64,000 bases of DNA from Bdellovibrionota bacterium (GTDB taxonomy: Bacteria > Bdellovibrionota_C > UBA2361 > OMIW01). A model generated the notes under the pieces. The model was not told the origin of the DNA. It made no database searches and worked only from the letters and a program-made list of their open reading frames with translations. The stretch's first letter is position 1, and the number at the start of each line of letters is the position of its first letter. Shown one piece after another: positions 1 through 8,998 of the stretch. A program made the position numbers and the translations under genes. The stretch spans positions 1,956 to 65,955 of the forward strand of contig JBIJBT010000001.1 of NCBI GenBank assembly GCA_044345055.1, in the 5' to 3' direction.

Positions 1-1125
1 TCTAGACCAAGCCTTTAGCGGTTGAAATGATTGTATACCAACCTCTCTAGATCGAGACCGATCAATCTCAAACTGATTGCTAAATAGAGCAGTAGTATTT
101 GGATCAAATACTACTACATCCGTTTCTAGGTCGTGCAAAAAACTGCGATGATTAAGATTGCTCGATCCGAGCATCACCCAGTCATCAATAATAATGCTTT
201 TAGCGTGCAAAATTGAGGGAAGATACTCGAATATCTGAACACCCGATTCAATCAGCTCTTGTTGAAGGGTGGAGGTGACCCAAGGAATAAAGAAAACGTC
301 AGAGATAGCCGGTAAAATAATTTGAACATCACACCCACGCTTAGCTGCCCGCTTGAGCGCAGTAAGTAATCTGTTTTGCGGTACAAAATAGGCATTGGTA
401 ATCCAAATCCGACATTTTGCACCATTTATGTCAGATAAAAGTCTAATCAAATTTCTCTTCCGGGCAGAGCGAGTTAGGTTGTGCCTAATTGAACCATTCG
501 GCGGACCTGGCAGCGAACCATTCCGTTTAAATCTGCGAAGCAACCGATGAGAGTTCCACACATAATCAAAGTGCTCAGCAAGAATACTGACTCCCGGTCC
601 GTGAAGCTGTATTGAAGAATCTCGCCATGTGTACGAGCCCATGACTGATTCAGCGTGAACAGCTGATATATTTCTGCTTCCAACAAGGGATATTGTTCTA
701 TCAAAGATTGCGATTTTTCGGTGATTTCGACGATTTAGTATCTGAATCCACGATAAAAAACCACGAAGTTTCTCCTGAATACGTGGCCTATTCATCAAAA
801 AGGATTCAAACCATAAGTGATGATAGACTCGATATTCGATGCCACTTTTTTGAGCGTCGACTCCAAAGTAGGATGGCCACCATACTGACCCGAATCCATC
901 CACTATAATGCGAACTTTGACTCCCCGCTGTTTGGCAGCAGCTAGTTCAGCAAATATTTGGCGACCAACTACATCATCCTCGAATATATAAAAATCGATA
1001 TCTATTGAGAGCTGAGCTGCTCTACACATCTCCGCGAATCGTTCGAAAAATAGATCGCCCGAGAATATCGGTTCTGCATATTCCCAAGGATAAGGGGCGT
1101 GGGCTCCGTCACGGGTAGGCTTCAT
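1..1125 (-). CDS. Phospholipase D family protein / cardiolipin synthase-like, two HKD domains. 3' end runs off the window start, so it is absent from the ORF track (no stop codon in window).
   Basis: Manual reverse-strand translation gives one uninterrupted frame from ATG (complement of 1123-1125) to position 1. First HKD motif HRKIAIFD...GSRNI. Second motif LHAKSIIIDDWVMLGSSNLNHRSFLHDLE. No N-terminal TM helices, so ClsB-like and cytosolic. Start ATG overlaps the stop of the upstream ECF sigma gene (ATGA). Confidence 0.8.
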   Translation of the reverse strand, partial: MKPTRDGAHAPYPWEYAEPIFSGDLFFERFAEMCRAAQLSIDIDFYIFEDDVVGRQIFAELAAAKQRGVKVRIIVDGFGSVWWPSYFGVDAQKSGIEYRVYHHLWFESFLMNRPRIQEKLRGFLSWIQILNRRNHRKIAIFDRTISLVGSRNISAVHAESVMGSYTWRDSSIQLHGPGVSILAEHFDYVWNSHRLLRRFKRNGSLPGPPNGSIRHNLTRSARKRNLIRLLSDINGAKCRIWITNAYFVPQNRLLTALKRAAKRGCDVQIILPAISDVFFIPWVTSTLQQELIESGVQIFEYLPSILHAKSIIIDDWVMLGSSNLNHRSFLHDLETDVVVFDPNTTALFSNQFEIDRSRSREVGIQSFQPLKAWSR

Positions 1126-1787
1126 GCGGCAATCTTCCACCACTGAGGTCCGTAAAGAAGAGCTGATTCATCGAGTTGGTCGCGAAAATGATCTTTCAGG
1201 GTGCGCTTGAGAAGTGTTCGCGCCTGATGAAGGCGGGACTTGACTGTATCCTCCGATATGTTGAGAGCGTGGGCTACGGCGCTCGTTGAGAAGGCACAAC
1301 ACAATCTCAAGATACATACGGCGGAATAGTCAGGTGGAAGAGCATTGATTGCTGATTCGATCGCGAGTCTCAGCTCCGCTACTGAACCAACTCGCTGAAG
1401 GTGACTTGTCAATCCTGAAGGAAGGGAGAGCTGTGCTTGAGTGACTGCATATTCTAATCGATGACGGCGGCGACGTTCTCTCAATCTCATTAGTGCAGTA
1501 TTTGCGGCAATCCGATTGAGCCAACTTCCTAGCGAAGAGCGCCCATGAAACGACTGTATCTTTAGGCAGGCAGCAAGAAAAGCCTCTTGAGTAACCTCTT
1601 TAGCATCTTCTGGCTCTCGGCAGTAATACAGCGCGGTTCTGTATACCGGTGGATACCACCGCCGTATCATTTCCTCGAATGCATCGCGGTCGCCCGCCCT
1701 GAGCCGTGCCAAAAACAGATCCGATCCCTCGATTGCCGGTGCATCGTGGTTTTCTTCAGAAACATAATCATTTACCATGATGGTCAC
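1122..1787 (-). CDS. ECF-type RNA polymerase sigma-70 family factor
   Basis: 221 aa. Region 2 signature FEEMIRRWYPPVYRTALYYCREPEDAKEVTQEAFLAAC. Region 4 helix-turn-helix near the C-terminus (ISEDTVKSRLHQARTLLK). Confidence 0.85.
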   Translation of the reverse strand: MTIMVNDYVSEENHDAPAIEGSDLFLARLRAGDRDAFEEMIRRWYPPVYRTALYYCREPEDAKEVTQEAFLAACLKIQSFHGRSSLGSWLNRIAANTALMRLRERRRRHRLEYAVTQAQLSLPSGLTSHLQRVGSVAELRLAIESAINALPPDYSAVCILRLCCAFSTSAVAHALNISEDTVKSRLHQARTLLKRTLKDHFRDQLDESALLYGPQWWKIAA

Positions 1788-1957
1788 CCATTATGATACG
1801 ACCGCGTTGCTACTGAGGCACTCCTTGTTAAAAACAGTTTATCTCTCGTTTCTCAATTGCGCACGGGTCAGTCTTGAAATGATAGTGGGATTTGGAACAA
1901 ATATTCGATTTGCACGGTCTATCGAATCAGTCGGAATTTAGAGAGGAAAAATCAGAT

Positions 1958-2245
1958 ATGAAGAGAACTGTTTTGTGCACAAAGTTTCAAGCTGAGAAAC
2001 AAGGGTTGGATAATCCGCCATTCAAAGGCCCAATCGGGCAGTTGATTTATGATCGAGTATCGCAGGAGGCGTGGGCTCAGTGGCGCGATGATATGCAGAT
2101 AAAAGTTCTTAACGAGTATCGACTCAACATGGGAGATCCGAACGATTACGCGGTTCTTGTAAAGCAGATGTGTCTTTTCCTAGGGCTCGAAGAGGGGCAG
2201 GGGGTCTCGGTGGGGGATGAAGAGAAGGGGAGAAGTGGTCAATGA
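1958..2245 (+). CDS. yggX: Fe(2+)-trafficking protein YggX family. The ORF-track start at 1892 is probably too far upstream; the internal ATG at 1958 has a GAGAGGAAAA RBS.
   Basis: MKRTVLCTKFQAEKQGLDNPPFKGPIGQLIYDRVSQEAWAQWRDDMQIKVLNEYRLNM matches the YggX pattern (MSRTIFC...G..GK.IY..IS.EAW.QW...Q..LINE..LNM). Its stop overlaps the proC start (ATGA). Confidence 0.8.
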   Translation: MKRTVLCTKFQAEKQGLDNPPFKGPIGQLIYDRVSQEAWAQWRDDMQIKVLNEYRLNMGDPNDYAVLVKQMCLFLGLEEGQGVSVGDEEKGRSGQ

Positions 2246-3087
2246 AACGTTCGATCGTGCTCATAGGGGGAGGTAATCTTGGTCTTGCTATCGCGCGAGG
2301 TCTCCAAGAGGATCCCCCTCCGTTCATGGAAGAGCTAATCATTGTCGAACGTAATAGTGAGCGGCAAAAAGTAATTGCTGACTCTGTTGAGGCGCGGGTC
2401 GTAGCTGATATACCGACCGTATCATCGACCGCGCTGTTTCTTCTTGCGGTAAAACCAGTAGATGTTGCACCGCTCTCCTTTGAGCTGCGTGGAAAGATTA
2501 CCGATCGGAATCTGGTTGTTTCGTGTGCCGCTGGGCTCACCCTTGATCTACTCTCAAATCTGCTCGGAGGACATTCTTTAGTTTCCCGAGTTATGCCCAA
2601 TCTTGCTGCATCAAATCGGCAATCGATCTCTGCGGTGGTATCCTCGTCTTGCATAACAGCGCAAGACAGGAGAGTAGTAGAGGAGCTATTTTCCCGAATC
2701 GGTGCTGTGATAGAGCTTCCGAACGAGGATATGATGCATGGAGTCACGGCACTTAGTGGTAGTGGCCCGGGCTACCTAGCTTGGATAGCTGATGCTATGG
2801 AACAAACAGCAGCCGATTTGGGTATTCCCGGAGAGATCGCCCGATTGCTGGTTGCTCACTCATTCTCCGGTCTTGGGTCTCTTCTGATATCCGGGGAGAG
2901 CACTGCACAGCAAATTTGTGAGCAGGTTTCATCTCCAAACGGAACAACAATCGCTGCGATTCGGGAGTTGTCGTCTGGACAGGTGCATGAATCGGTTCAA
3001 CGGGCGATTATGAAAGCAGCTGATAGATCGAGAGAACTATCAGCAGAAGCTTCTTGCCATCAAGTATCGGCGAAGCAAGCTGTGTAG
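2242..3087 (+). CDS. proC: Pyrroline-5-carboxylate reductase
   Basis: N-terminal Rossmann motif LIGGGNLG. C-terminal dimerisation motifs SGSGPGY and SPNGTTIAAI, typical of P5CR. Confidence 0.85.
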   Translation: MKRSIVLIGGGNLGLAIARGLQEDPPPFMEELIIVERNSERQKVIADSVEARVVADIPTVSSTALFLLAVKPVDVAPLSFELRGKITDRNLVVSCAAGLTLDLLSNLLGGHSLVSRVMPNLAASNRQSISAVVSSSCITAQDRRVVEELFSRIGAVIELPNEDMMHGVTALSGSGPGYLAWIADAMEQTAADLGIPGEIARLLVAHSFSGLGSLLISGESTAQQICEQVSSPNGTTIAAIRELSSGQVHESVQRAIMKAADRSRELSAEASCHQVSAKQAV

Positions 3088-3278
3088 CGATTTTTAGTAG
3101 ACCTTCAGTCGGCACTATCACACTTTGTCTACTACTTGTACACTGTTTTTTTCGGTGTTAAAGCTGTTTATAGAACGCCTTTTAGCTTAAATTTTTAAAT
3201 TCCCTTAAGCCTCTCATAAGAGCATCTTTCTTTTCATATTTAAGAGTTTATCTAGTTTTTTATTTCGTGTTGACCTCG

Positions 3279-3349
3279 CTTAGTAATCAAAAGGTGTCAA
3301 CTACTTGTAGGTCAGACTAAAGATTCCGAGCAGGTTGACCGACAACCTG
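3279..3349. promoter_or_regulatory. Cluster of GTTGAC(C) half-sites and a perfect hairpin in the 432-nt non-coding region upstream of fliS
   Basis: GTTGACC at 3279-3285, its inverse GTCAAC at 3296-3301, and GTTGACC again at 3334-3340 inside the perfect inverted repeat CAGGTTG-ACCGA-CAACCTG (3331-3349). Candidate operator array; function unknown. Confidence 0.3.
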
Positions 3350-3519
3350 TAGGCACTCAGAGGAAGCCGTAATAATCGGGGATAGCTGAGTCGTTAATTA
3401 ATCCCGCCGCATCGGATTTTAGCGATTGGGTCGGGAGAGGCTACCAGAAAAATTGTATTCGTTAGCCAAGGGTCGTGGCGTATAAGGCAGAGTAATTTTA
3501 GATCGGTAGGAGCAGCTGC

Positions 3520-4005
3520 ATGTACGGGAAGAATGCGTTATCAACGTATAAATCGGTTCAGGTAACAACAACTGACCGAGGCCGACTTCTTGTTATGTTG
3601 TATGAGGGAGCAATTACCTTTTTCAAACAGGCGATTCAGGGTCTTGAAGAGAAAGATATCGGAAAGTTTTGCCGCTATCTTAGCAAGGGACAGGCGATCA
3701 TCGCTGAGCTTATGAACACTCTGGACGCTGAGAAAGGGGGAGCAATAGCAGGCGACCTCGAGCGGCTATATGAATTTATTCTTTTCTACTCTACAGAAGC
3801 TAACCTGCATCGTGACGGTACACGTCTCCAAAAGTGTATCGATCTGATTACTCCCGTTTACGTCGCATTTAAAGAGGTGGTCGATAGTGGTCTCGATCCT
3901 AGCTCTTCTGCGCCTTCTGCACCTCAGAATACGGCTCCAGCGCGGCCGACCGATGGTGGAACAGCAGTTCCTCAACCAGGTGGAACATTTCGAATGAAAA
4001 CGTAA
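3520..4005 (+). CDS. fliS: Flagellar export chaperone FliS, with a ~35-aa Pro/Ser/Ala-rich C-terminal extension. Isolated: no other flagellar genes in the window.
   Basis: MYGKNALSTYKSVQVTTTDRGRLLVMLYEGAITFF...LSKGQAIIAELMNTLDAEKGGAIAGDLERLYEFILFYSTEANLHRD aligns with the FliS consensus (Y..Y....V.T..P..L..ML..G...F...A...E.D.......L.KA..II.EL...LD.EKGG.I...L..LY.....L..AN...D). Confidence 0.8.
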   Translation: MYGKNALSTYKSVQVTTTDRGRLLVMLYEGAITFFKQAIQGLEEKDIGKFCRYLSKGQAIIAELMNTLDAEKGGAIAGDLERLYEFILFYSTEANLHRDGTRLQKCIDLITPVYVAFKEVVDSGLDPSSSAPSAPQNTAPARPTDGGTAVPQPGGTFRMKT

Positions 4006-4040
4006 GGGCTATAAAGAGCTTTTACTAACCCTTTAAATCT

Positions 4041-5003
4041 CTATTTCAATACTTTTTGAACACCGCTCGTCACTGCAACCGCAATTGCGCCAGTGATTAT
4101 TCCGACGATACTTATAAGGCATATCTCGATCACTGCGTGAGCTAATGAAGCCCCACCAGCAATAAGTGCGGTTGAGCCCTCGATAAAATGATGAAGAGGG
4201 CTAATACCGTGAGCGATGATTCCACCACCTACTGAAAACATCGCGAGGGTACCGACCACTGATAAAGCTCTCATGGCTCGCGGAGTCGCCCTTACTATAC
4301 CGATTCCAAGCTTTCTGCGGAGAGGCCCGAGGCGATGAGTGGAGGCGCTCTCGATAAGATAAAGACCAAGGTCATCAGCTTTTACGATCGCCGCCACCAG
4401 TCCATACACTACTACGGTCATGCCCAACCCAATGATAATGAGTGTAGCTGCTTTCGTAAAAAATGGCGCTGATGCGGCAGCGCCGAGTGTTATCGCAATT
4501 ATCTCTGCAGATAGAATAAAATCGGTCCTGATTGCACTCTTGATTTTTTCCTGCTCAACATTGTCGGAGGATTGAAGCTGTGCGTCGTTCGGGGTCGTTT
4601 CGTTCGTTGGTGAAGATTTCTCAGATTCGCCTGATTGCGTCGATGACATCGAGCTGTGAAGAATTTTTTCTACCCCTTCGTAGCACAAAAATGCACCACC
4701 AATCATGAGGAGTGGAGTAATCAGGAACGGTGCAACCGCGCTTATGAGCAGTGCAAGAGGAACAAGGATCGCCTTGTTCCGAAGTGAGCCTTTTGCCACT
4801 GCGTATACGACCGACAACTCACGATGAGCCTCAACATTGATGAGCTGCTTTGCGTTGAGCGCAAGATCATCTCCGACGATCGCCGAGGTTTTCCCAGCAG
4901 CAATCTTTGTCATCGAAGCGATGTCATCGAGAAGGTAACTTACATCATCAAGCAGTGCTAAAAATCCACCGATTGGCATAGTGGTAGCTCCTTTTTGGTC
5001 CAT
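4041..5003 (-). CDS. DUF808 family inner-membrane protein (YedI-like)
   Basis: N-terminus IGGFLALLDDVSYLLDDIASMTKIAAGKTSAIVGDDLALNAKQ...RELSVVYAVAKGSLRNKAILVP matches the YedI/DUF808 N-terminus. Followed by multiple TM segments. Confidence 0.7.
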   Translation of the reverse strand: MDQKGATTMPIGGFLALLDDVSYLLDDIASMTKIAAGKTSAIVGDDLALNAKQLINVEAHRELSVVYAVAKGSLRNKAILVPLALLISAVAPFLITPLLMIGGAFLCYEGVEKILHSSMSSTQSGESEKSSPTNETTPNDAQLQSSDNVEQEKIKSAIRTDFILSAEIIAITLGAAASAPFFTKAATLIIIGLGMTVVVYGLVAAIVKADDLGLYLIESASTHRLGPLRRKLGIGIVRATPRAMRALSVVGTLAMFSVGGGIIAHGISPLHHFIEGSTALIAGGASLAHAVIEICLISIVGIITGAIAVAVTSGVQKVLK

Positions 5004-5024
5004 TTTTAGGCGATATTTGCTTTT

Positions 5025-5972
5025 TTACTCAGATTGGCCGCTTTCAGAGCATCTTCTTTCTGCGACTACACGCTCGAGAGCAAGAGTCGGTGAACCGAGA
5101 GATTGCTTGAGAGATCGAAACTCATCCTGGGCAGATTTAAGATAGCTACCAACTCGAACTGCCGTGATAAGACGGTTCTTTGGAGTGTGCTCGGATGGAA
5201 TAAATTCAGTCGCGGTCGTTTGATAACCATGACCTCTCAAGAATAGGATTCTCAACATATCGGTAAAATGAGCCCCCATTTCGCGACGAATGTGCGCTGT
5301 TTGAAAGATCGGGCGCAAAGGATTGTCGCTACACTCCTCCGTATTTTCCTTCCACCATTGAGCAAGCTCTGCCTGACAACAGGGTGCTATCGCAATTAGG
5401 TCCGATTTAAGCGATAGAGCAAGGGCGCACGCCTCATCACTTGCAGTATCACAGGCATGTAATCCAAAGACAGCGTGTGGTCTTCGAGGAGTATCATTAG
5501 TGGATTTTGGCGGCGGCCACTGAAAAGAGCTGATCGATTCGTTGTGAAACGAAAGCGAGGAAAAACCAAGGTCCTCGGCTGTTTGGGTGCATCCAGAGAT
5601 GATAGCGGGGCGTTGATCTATTCCGTGGATCTCTGCGGGATGTTTAAGAACCTCCTCAAAGTACCAAGCCAAAAGAAAGGTGAGATAGGATTTCCCGCAT
5701 CCAGCGTCTATCATGACCACCGGCGAAAATCGGTTTGCAAGATCCTGGAGATGAGGTTTTAAGAGGCTCATTAGGTGATTAATCTGCAAAAACTTTCGTA
5801 GACTTTGATGATTCATACTTGAGTCTTTGTTCAAAAGACCCAACCGAAAGAGAAGAACTGGCGCATTGACAGGGGTTATTGTGAGCCGTTTATCCCCAAA
5901 TGACTGAAGAAGTCTCTGCGGAGTCCAATAACGGTGTGTTTGGGAAATGAACTGATCTGGTATTGGTTTCAT
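5025..5972 (-). CDS. Class I SAM-dependent methyltransferase (Methyltransf_32-like)
   Basis: Glycine-rich SAM motif VVMIDAGCGKSYLT. Downstream motifs HGID and VFGLHACDTASD. Confidence 0.6.
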   Translation of the reverse strand: MKPIPDQFISQTHRYWTPQRLLQSFGDKRLTITPVNAPVLLFRLGLLNKDSSMNHQSLRKFLQINHLMSLLKPHLQDLANRFSPVVMIDAGCGKSYLTFLLAWYFEEVLKHPAEIHGIDQRPAIISGCTQTAEDLGFSSLSFHNESISSFQWPPPKSTNDTPRRPHAVFGLHACDTASDEACALALSLKSDLIAIAPCCQAELAQWWKENTEECSDNPLRPIFQTAHIRREMGAHFTDMLRILFLRGHGYQTTATEFIPSEHTPKNRLITAVRVGSYLKSAQDEFRSLKQSLGSPTLALERVVAERRCSESGQSE

Positions 5973-6046
5973 GGTAAATGCTGCGGGACAAACGTTCTTC
6001 TAGGTCCCAAAAATAGTGATCCCTGAAAAATACATCGATGGATTTT

Positions 6047-7006
6047 TCAGGGCCAACTAAATAAGGTAGCTGCCGTCTCAAGAATTAGTGTTTCAGGATA
6101 GCTGGGCAGCAGCGGGGAGCCGATAAAACCAACGTGCCCTCCCCATTGACTTAGTTCAAGATCAACCCAGTGATTATGGCGACACTCCTTTTCGGGAAAA
6201 GAAGCGTTGGAAAAAAAAGGGTCGTCAAGAGCAGAAATCATCCGACATTTTACCCTGATTAGCTCAATAAAGCGACAGCAACTATTTTCCTGCCAATATT
6301 CCTCGGCGGATGAATACCCAAAAAGTGGTGCTGTAAAGCGCGAATCATAGTCATAAAAGGTTGAAATTGATGAGAAATCGGCAAACGACGGCGAGGCAAT
6401 ACCACTAGCGACCTTGAGGCGGTGTTTCCGATGAAAGGCAGAAATAAAATAGCGCTGGTAAATCGGATTTTGAGCTATCGAGGCGGCCGTCGCTGAGAGA
6501 TTTCCGGGTGTTGAGATAGCGATTGCGGCGGCTACAACGCGGCTGGCAGATGAGCCCTCTTCACCGAGATATTTAAGGGCGATATTCCCTCCAATACTAA
6601 ATCCAACTAGTAGGACAGGTTCATCTTGTAAAGATAAATAGCTGCGAAGATCGTCGGTAAATCCCGAATGGTAGGCCCGCGCAACTCTATTGATCGTAGT
6701 GCCGCATCCGCGAAGGCAAATTACCTCAACCGAGAAGCTATCGATGCGTGTTAAAAGCCGGATGAGGCTTCTTAAATATCCGCTTTGGAGAGATCCCTCG
6801 AGCCCATGCAATATTACGATTCGTCCAAGAGGTCGGGCCGAGGGGGACCAGGTTGCAACCTCAAAAAAATCGTCGCCACTTCCTTCGTGGCGGGTGATGG
6901 AGGGGGGCGGAATTGAAAGCCGCCGGCCAGCAAGACCACCCCAAAATGTCTGTAGGTGAGGATTCTTCAGGTAGAAGGGAGGGGAGAAGGTGGAGGAGAT
7001 TATCAT
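6047..7006 (-). CDS. Alpha/beta-fold hydrolase, YheT/ABHD-type
   Basis: N-terminal FYLKNPHLQTFWGGL is the YheT signature. Nucleophile elbow GFSIGGN. HG motif (ILHGLEGS). Confidence 0.7.
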   Translation of the reverse strand: MIISSTFSPPFYLKNPHLQTFWGGLAGRRLSIPPPSITRHEGSGDDFFEVATWSPSARPLGRIVILHGLEGSLQSGYLRSLIRLLTRIDSFSVEVICLRGCGTTINRVARAYHSGFTDDLRSYLSLQDEPVLLVGFSIGGNIALKYLGEEGSSASRVVAAAIAISTPGNLSATAASIAQNPIYQRYFISAFHRKHRLKVASGIASPSFADFSSISTFYDYDSRFTAPLFGYSSAEEYWQENSCCRFIELIRVKCRMISALDDPFFSNASFPEKECRHNHWVDLELSQWGGHVGFIGSPLLPSYPETLILETAATLFSWP

Positions 7007-7165
7007 TAGAGATTTCGCAGCCTCTTAGAAAATCGAATCTATGCGCCGTAAAAAGGCATCTTCAATCTGGGGGGCAGTTTTATATAGCTGTCTCTAAAAT
7101 GACCTTGGGGTAACTACTAACGGACTCATGAGGTTACATCCGGTAAAGCAAGATTCTACCTAATT

Positions 7166-8995
7166 TTGATGGTTCATCCCCGTATGTCACGATTTTTTGA
7201 ACCAAATCTGAGAGCTCTTGCTGAAAAGTTTCCGTCAGTTGCAAATCAGCTCGAGGCTAGGAGTGCACTAGTTTCTGGTTTACAAGCTGAGGAAACCAGC
7301 GAAGGCCCGATAGTTGTTATCGATGGCCGACCGCTCGACCACCCCAAATTGCCCCGTCAAGCTGCGCAGCAGTGGGCGGTTCGATCGTGTGCACCCTTGC
7401 GTTCACGCGATGCGCCGATAATCGTTTTTGGCTTTGGCGGAGGTTATCATCTAGAGGCGCTCCCTGACGAGGGGTGCAGTGATGTCTCGGTCTATGAGCC
7501 GAGCATTGCTGTATTGAGAATTGCCCTTGAGATGCGTGACCTAAGGGGGCTAATTCAAACTCTCTCCTCTTTATCCGTCGGCGAGCTTCCGCGAGAAATC
7601 CCTCATGATGCCGTTCTGATGACCCGCTCACTCTCACAGGCGGTGTTCCCCAGTGAGTGGGAGGAGCTTAGACGGGTTGTTTACGCAGCGCGGGGTGCGG
7701 AGAGCTTAAAGCCGACCGTTGCTGTACTTGGGCCGCTGCAAGGGGGAACTCTTCCGATTTTACCGTACGTACATCACGCTCTCGTAAAGCTTGGTCTTCG
7801 AGCCCGACCCATTGATGTCAGCCCGATGGCGGCGGGATATCACCAGGTAAGCGCTCTAATTCGAGATCCGTTTCGCCAAAAAATGGCAGAGAGTGGTTAC
7901 GTCGACTATATCTCAAATCTTGCTGTTGAAAGTATTCAAGATCGCCCAGTCGATATATGTATCTGTCTTGCGCAGGCACCAATTACCCTCAAAGCACTAC
8001 AGCAGCTCCGATCGATGGGTGTCGTGACGGTTCTATGGTTTGTAGAGGATTTCAGGCGATTCTCATATTGGCGCCCCTTTGCTCCCTATTTTGATTTTAT
8101 ATTCACCATTCAAAAGGAGCCGTGTATCTCCGCAATGAAAGAGGCAGGAGCTGCACAGGTACATTATCTTCCCGTAGGATGCGATCCTGCCGTCCATGCG
8201 CCGTGTGTTTTGTCACCAGAGGATCGGGCTCGGTGGGGTAGCCCAGTATCGTTTGTTGGTGCAGGCTATCATAATCGACAACAAGTATTTGCTGCGCTGT
8301 CTCATTTGCCCCTAAAAATATGGGGAACAGAGTGGCCTCATGGAAAGCCATTTAATCGCTTGGTACAGGAGGGAGGAAGGCGACTTACTCCCGCTGAATA
8401 CACCAAGATTTTTAATTCAACGACAATAAATCTAAACCTTCATTCATCTTCAGAGAGAGATGGTGTCGATCCATTCGGAGATTTCGTTAATCCACGAACG
8501 TTCGAACTAGCCGCAACGGGAGCGTTTCAGCTTGTTGATCAACGCTCGCTACTTTCCGAACTCTTCACTCCAGGAAAGGAGGTAGTTACCTTTAAATCGG
8601 TCGCCGAGCTAAAGGATTTAATACCGTACTTTTTAGAAAATCCTGATCAAATGTCTAACTTCGTGAATCTGGCTCGTCAAAGAGCAGTTACCGAGCACAC
8701 CTACGAGCAACGTATTCGGTCGATGTTAGGTACTATTTACGGCGTTAAATACGACCATCTCGCTGAGCGTCGTCGAAATCATCCATGGACTCAGCTGCTT
8801 GAACGGGGAAAAACGTATCCGGCGCTTAGCGAGCGATTAGAGCGGGCTCATAAAAGAGGTGATGATCCATCGCTCGACTCTCTTGTAGCTGAGATAGGAG
8901 TCGGAAAGGGAAAGCTAAACGATTTGGATCAGGAGATCCTTTTTCTCCATCATGTAAAACAAAATATGATCCTAAAAAAACCTGGTGAGGCGTAA
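7166..8995 (+). CDS. Two-domain putative glycosyltransferase: N-terminal DUF115/MptE-like domain of the motility-accessory-factor (Maf) type, fused to a C-terminal CgeB-like glycosyltransferase domain (Glyco_trans_1_2-like)
   Basis: N-terminus SRFFEPNLRALAEKFPSVANQL and glycine motif APIIVFGFGGGYHLEAL are typical of Maf/DUF115 proteins. The C-terminal 250 aa (VSFVGAGYHNRQQVF...INLNLHSS...NPRTFELAATGAFQLVDQ...VVTFKSVAELKDLIPYFLENPDQMSNFVNLARQRAVTEHTYEQRI) matches CgeB-type glycosyltransferases. Its stop is 3 nt before the next gene. Confidence 0.6.
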   Translation: MMVHPRMSRFFEPNLRALAEKFPSVANQLEARSALVSGLQAEETSEGPIVVIDGRPLDHPKLPRQAAQQWAVRSCAPLRSRDAPIIVFGFGGGYHLEALPDEGCSDVSVYEPSIAVLRIALEMRDLRGLIQTLSSLSVGELPREIPHDAVLMTRSLSQAVFPSEWEELRRVVYAARGAESLKPTVAVLGPLQGGTLPILPYVHHALVKLGLRARPIDVSPMAAGYHQVSALIRDPFRQKMAESGYVDYISNLAVESIQDRPVDICICLAQAPITLKALQQLRSMGVVTVLWFVEDFRRFSYWRPFAPYFDFIFTIQKEPCISAMKEAGAAQVHYLPVGCDPAVHAPCVLSPEDRARWGSPVSFVGAGYHNRQQVFAALSHLPLKIWGTEWPHGKPFNRLVQEGGRRLTPAEYTKIFNSTTINLNLHSSSERDGVDPFGDFVNPRTFELAATGAFQLVDQRSLLSELFTPGKEVVTFKSVAELKDLIPYFLENPDQMSNFVNLARQRAVTEHTYEQRIRSMLGTIYGVKYDHLAERRRNHPWTQLLERGKTYPALSERLERAHKRGDDPSLDSLVAEIGVGKGKLNDLDQEILFLHHVKQNMILKKPGEA

Positions 8996-8998
8996 CAA

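Noticed and set aside
1587-1796. 69-aa plus-strand ORF antisense to the ECF sigma gene
   Set aside because: It lies entirely within the sigma-factor CDS on the opposite strand, with no motif.
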